DNA of 64,000 nucleotides from Planctomycetota bacterium (GTDB lineage: Bacteria; Planctomycetota; UBA1135; UBA2386), in assembly GCA_046290465.1 (NCBI GenBank), contig JBKAGP010000001.1, positions 6,336,001-6,400,000 of the forward strand. The letters are read 5' to 3'. This document shows positions 61,482 through 64,000 of the stretch, one piece after another (position 1 is the first letter of the stretch; every line of letters starts with the position of its first letter). The notes under the pieces were generated by a model. The model had not been told where the DNA came from. It worked only from the letters and a program-made list of their open reading frames with translations, and made no database searches. Position numbers and translations under genes: made by a program.

Positions 61482-62795
61482 CTAACTGCCAGTCTTATCG
61501 ACGACCTGGCCGTTCTCTCTGAGGAATTCGCGAACCTTGCGCTCCAGCAGCGACAGTTGCAGCTCGCCGAGGCGGTTCTGCTCCTTGAGGTGCGCGAACA
61601 CCTGAGCGGACGTGATCTGCTGTTCGGGACCACTGTTGGCCTGGGCGATCGCCTCCAGCTCGGCCTGCATGTCGGCTTCTTCGACAGTCAGGTCCTGCTG
61701 CTGGGCGACGGCTTCGACCAGGAAGAACGTGCGCACACGCCGCTCAGCGTCCTGATGGGCCTCGTCCTTCGATTGTTCCAGCCTGTTCTTGATCTCGTCT
61801 TCGCCCATGCCCTCCTGCTGGAGGCGCTGCGCGTAGGCGCCGAGCGACGCCTGCTGCTGCTCCTCGATCAGGGACGGCGGCAGCGCGATCTCGGCCTTCT
61901 CGGCGAGGAACTCGATCGCGGCGTCCTCCTGGCGCTGCTTGCCCAGGCGCAGCTTCTCCTGCGAGATCCGACCGCGCAGGTCGTCGCGCATCTGCTCGAG
62001 GCTCTCGAACTCCATGCCCTTGGCCAGCTCGTCGTCGATCGGCGGCGGCGCGACCCGCATCACCTCGTGCAGCTTCACCTTGACCTTGCCCTCCTGGCCG
62101 CGGACCGCCTCCTTCTCGAAGTTGTCCGGGAACTTGATGGTCATCTCGCGCTCGTCGCCGGCCTTGCCGCCGACCAGCGCCTCCGAGTAGGCGTCGCCCT
62201 CGACGCCGTTGATCGGGATGCGGGTGTTGAGCTGCACGCCGGTCTTGGTGTGCACGTCGTTGCCGTCGGCGTCGACGAACGTGTAGTCGCACTTGACGAA
62301 GTCGCCGTCCTCGACCGCCTCGTCGACGCTCTGGATCTTGCGCTTCTGGTGCGCGATCTCCTTCAGCGCGTTGTCGATGTCCTCGTCGTTCGCCTCCTCC
62401 TCGAACGCCGGGATCTCGATGCCCTTGGCGTCCGGGATCTCGAACTCCGGCTTGACGTCGAGTTGCGCGGTGAACTCGAGGCCCTCACCGTTCTTGACCT
62501 CGAGCGTCTCGAAGTCGTCGACCTTGACGCGGCCGATCGGCTGCAGCTCGTTCTCGCGGCAGGCCTCGCCGACGTAGCGGTTGAGCAGCTGCTCCTTCGC
62601 CTCGTGCAGGATGGCGTCGCCGTGCATCTTCTCGATCATCTTGCGCGGGACCTTGCCCGGCCGGAAGCCCTTGACCTGCACCTGCTGGGCGGCCGACGCG
62701 TAGACCTGATCCAGGTGCTCCGTGACCTGTTCGGGCGTGATCTTGATCTGCAGGCTGCGGCTGCAGGGGCCGGTTTCGGCGACCTGGACTTCCAT
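61482..62795 (-). CDS. tig: Trigger factor
   Basis: GFRPGKVP ribosome-binding loop and FKBP domain, in the canonical tig-clpP-clpX order. Confidence 0.95.
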   Translation of the reverse strand: MEVQVAETGPCSRSLQIKITPEQVTEHLDQVYASAAQQVQVKGFRPGKVPRKMIEKMHGDAILHEAKEQLLNRYVGEACRENELQPIGRVKVDDFETLEVKNGEGLEFTAQLDVKPEFEIPDAKGIEIPAFEEEANDEDIDNALKEIAHQKRKIQSVDEAVEDGDFVKCDYTFVDADGNDVHTKTGVQLNTRIPINGVEGDAYSEALVGGKAGDEREMTIKFPDNFEKEAVRGQEGKVKVKLHEVMRVAPPPIDDELAKGMEFESLEQMRDDLRGRISQEKLRLGKQRQEDAAIEFLAEKAEIALPPSLIEEQQQASLGAYAQRLQQEGMGEDEIKNRLEQSKDEAHQDAERRVRTFFLVEAVAQQQDLTVEEADMQAELEAIAQANSGPEQQITSAQVFAHLKEQNRLGELQLSLLERKVREFLRENGQVVDKTGS

Positions 62796-62886
62796 GATGA
62801 TCGGTGCGGGCGGGACTGCTCGGAGGGCCGCGGTGGCGGCGTTGGGCGCGCTGCGGCGGGGTCGCCACGGCGCGAAAAGGCCGAGC

Positions 62887-62915
62887 ATCTTGGCGGTCGG
62901 GGGGGCCAGGGTCAA
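62887..62915 (-). promoter_or_regulatory. Putative sigma70 promoter of tig-clpPX
   Basis: TTGACC - 17 nt - CAAGAT on the minus strand. Confidence 0.45.
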
Positions 62916-63075
62916 GCTGGCAACGGGCCGGGTGGCTGCCGGCGGGCGCCGGACCTGCGCGTCGCGCCGGAATCGGGGCTGGGCGACCGGCTCCGGCCGC
63001 CTGGCCGCTGGCCGCCATCTGGCAGGCAGCGCGGTGCCTGCCGGGCGGCTGCCAGCCGACAGGACGCCGCCGGCG

Positions 63076-64000
63076 CTACTTCGGGGCCCGGCTCTTGCGC
63101 AGCTGCTTCAGGAACGACTGCACGCGGTCGTGCTTCATCGCCTCCGCGAACGGCTCGTCGTAGCCGGCCAGCTGCTCGAACTCCTCCGGCGTCATGCCCG
63201 AGGCCTTCATGTGCTTGACCACGTTCTGGATCTTGCGGCGCCGGGCCTCGCTCTTCAGCAGGCCCTGGTAGGCGCGGCGGGTCATCGCGGCGCCGTCGGC
63301 GTGCTCGACGATCTTCTCGTAGTCGTCGGCCGCATCGTCGAACTCGCCGATCGCGAACAGCAGCGTCGCGCGCTGCTCGTAGAGCGAGGCCTCGCGCTTG
63401 CGCCGGCGCAGCTTGTCGTCGAGCGTGCGCTTCAGCCGGACCACGCCGTTCTTGTCGCCCAGCTCGCGCAGCGACACCGCCGAGAACACCGCGATCGAGC
63501 TGGTGTCGTTGCTCTCGACCATCTCGTGCAGCTTGCGCATGGTCGGTTCGTGCCGTTCGGGCGCGACCGTGGCCAGCGCCTTGACCAGGCTCAGCGTGTC
63601 CTGCCAGTCGATGCGGTCGCGATCGAGCAGCGGCAGCAGCGCCAGCGCGGCGGCCTCGTCGCGGCGCACGCACGCGGCGAAGTAGTCGATGTAGCCGGAC
63701 AGCAGCCGGTCGTCGCTCTCGGTGCTCAGCGCCTGCACGACGATCGGCGCGACCTGGTCGGCCTTGGCGGCGACCAGGTAGGCGAGCACGTCCTCGCGCA
63801 GCCGACGCTCGCTGGCGCCCAGCAGCGGCACGACCTTGGGCGCGGCGCTGCGCGCCTCGAGCCGGCGCAGCGACTGGATCACGCCGAGCCGGTCCTCCTT
63901 CTTGGTCTTGTCGATCAGGTCGACCAGCACCGCGACCGCCTGCGGCACCTGCGCGTGTCCCAGCAGCCGGATCGCCTCGGCGCGCGCGACGCTGTGCGAA
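63076..64000 (-). CDS. HEAT/TPR-repeat protein (5'-partial)
   Basis: The frame of 63076..63948 stays open to the window end. Helical repeats include the TPR-like LYEQRATLLFAIGEFDDAADDYEK. Confidence 0.75.
   Translation of the reverse strand, partial: SHSVARAEAIRLLGHAQVPQAVAVLVDLIDKTKKEDRLGVIQSLRRLEARSAAPKVVPLLGASERRLREDVLAYLVAAKADQVAPIVVQALSTESDDRLLSGYIDYFAACVRRDEAAALALLPLLDRDRIDWQDTLSLVKALATVAPERHEPTMRKLHEMVESNDTSSIAVFSAVSLRELGDKNGVVRLKRTLDDKLRRRKREASLYEQRATLLFAIGEFDDAADDYEKIVEHADGAAMTRRAYQGLLKSEARRRKIQNVVKHMKASGMTPEEFEQLAGYDEPFAEAMKHDRVQSFLKQLRKSRAPK

Overview
A very GC-rich bacterial chromosomal segment. It is most likely from a Planctomycetota genome, inferred from the DUF1501 + DUF1549/DUF1553 + planctomycete cytochrome-c cluster and the Sua5-LMW-phosphatase fusion. 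It is gene-dense, with about 46 CDS and one tRNA-Pro(CGG). Core genes include ispH, sdhCAB, mgtE, type III glnA, lpxD, accA, rlmN and tig-clpP-clpX. It also holds a partial type II secretion locus (gspDEF), two signal-transduction modules, an ECF sigma/anti-sigma/PDZ operon and several large secreted proteins. I saw no transposase, integrase, prophage or CRISPR array. The most interesting signals are five: (1) a conserved C-terminal motif (P-x-N-xx-L[IV]G-x5-Q-x12-14-SN) shared by three otherwise unrelated secreted proteins, a candidate sorting domain; (2) a Gln directly after the predicted signal-peptidase site in eight secreted proteins, resembling the Q-rule; (3) an 86-87 bp CTAG-bounded element found at the stop codons of two unrelated genes; (4) recurrent leaderless-promoter geometry; (5) a TsaC-like domain with eroded catalytic motifs fused to a YwlE-type arginine phosphatase. 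All product calls come from motif recognition by eye, not database searches.
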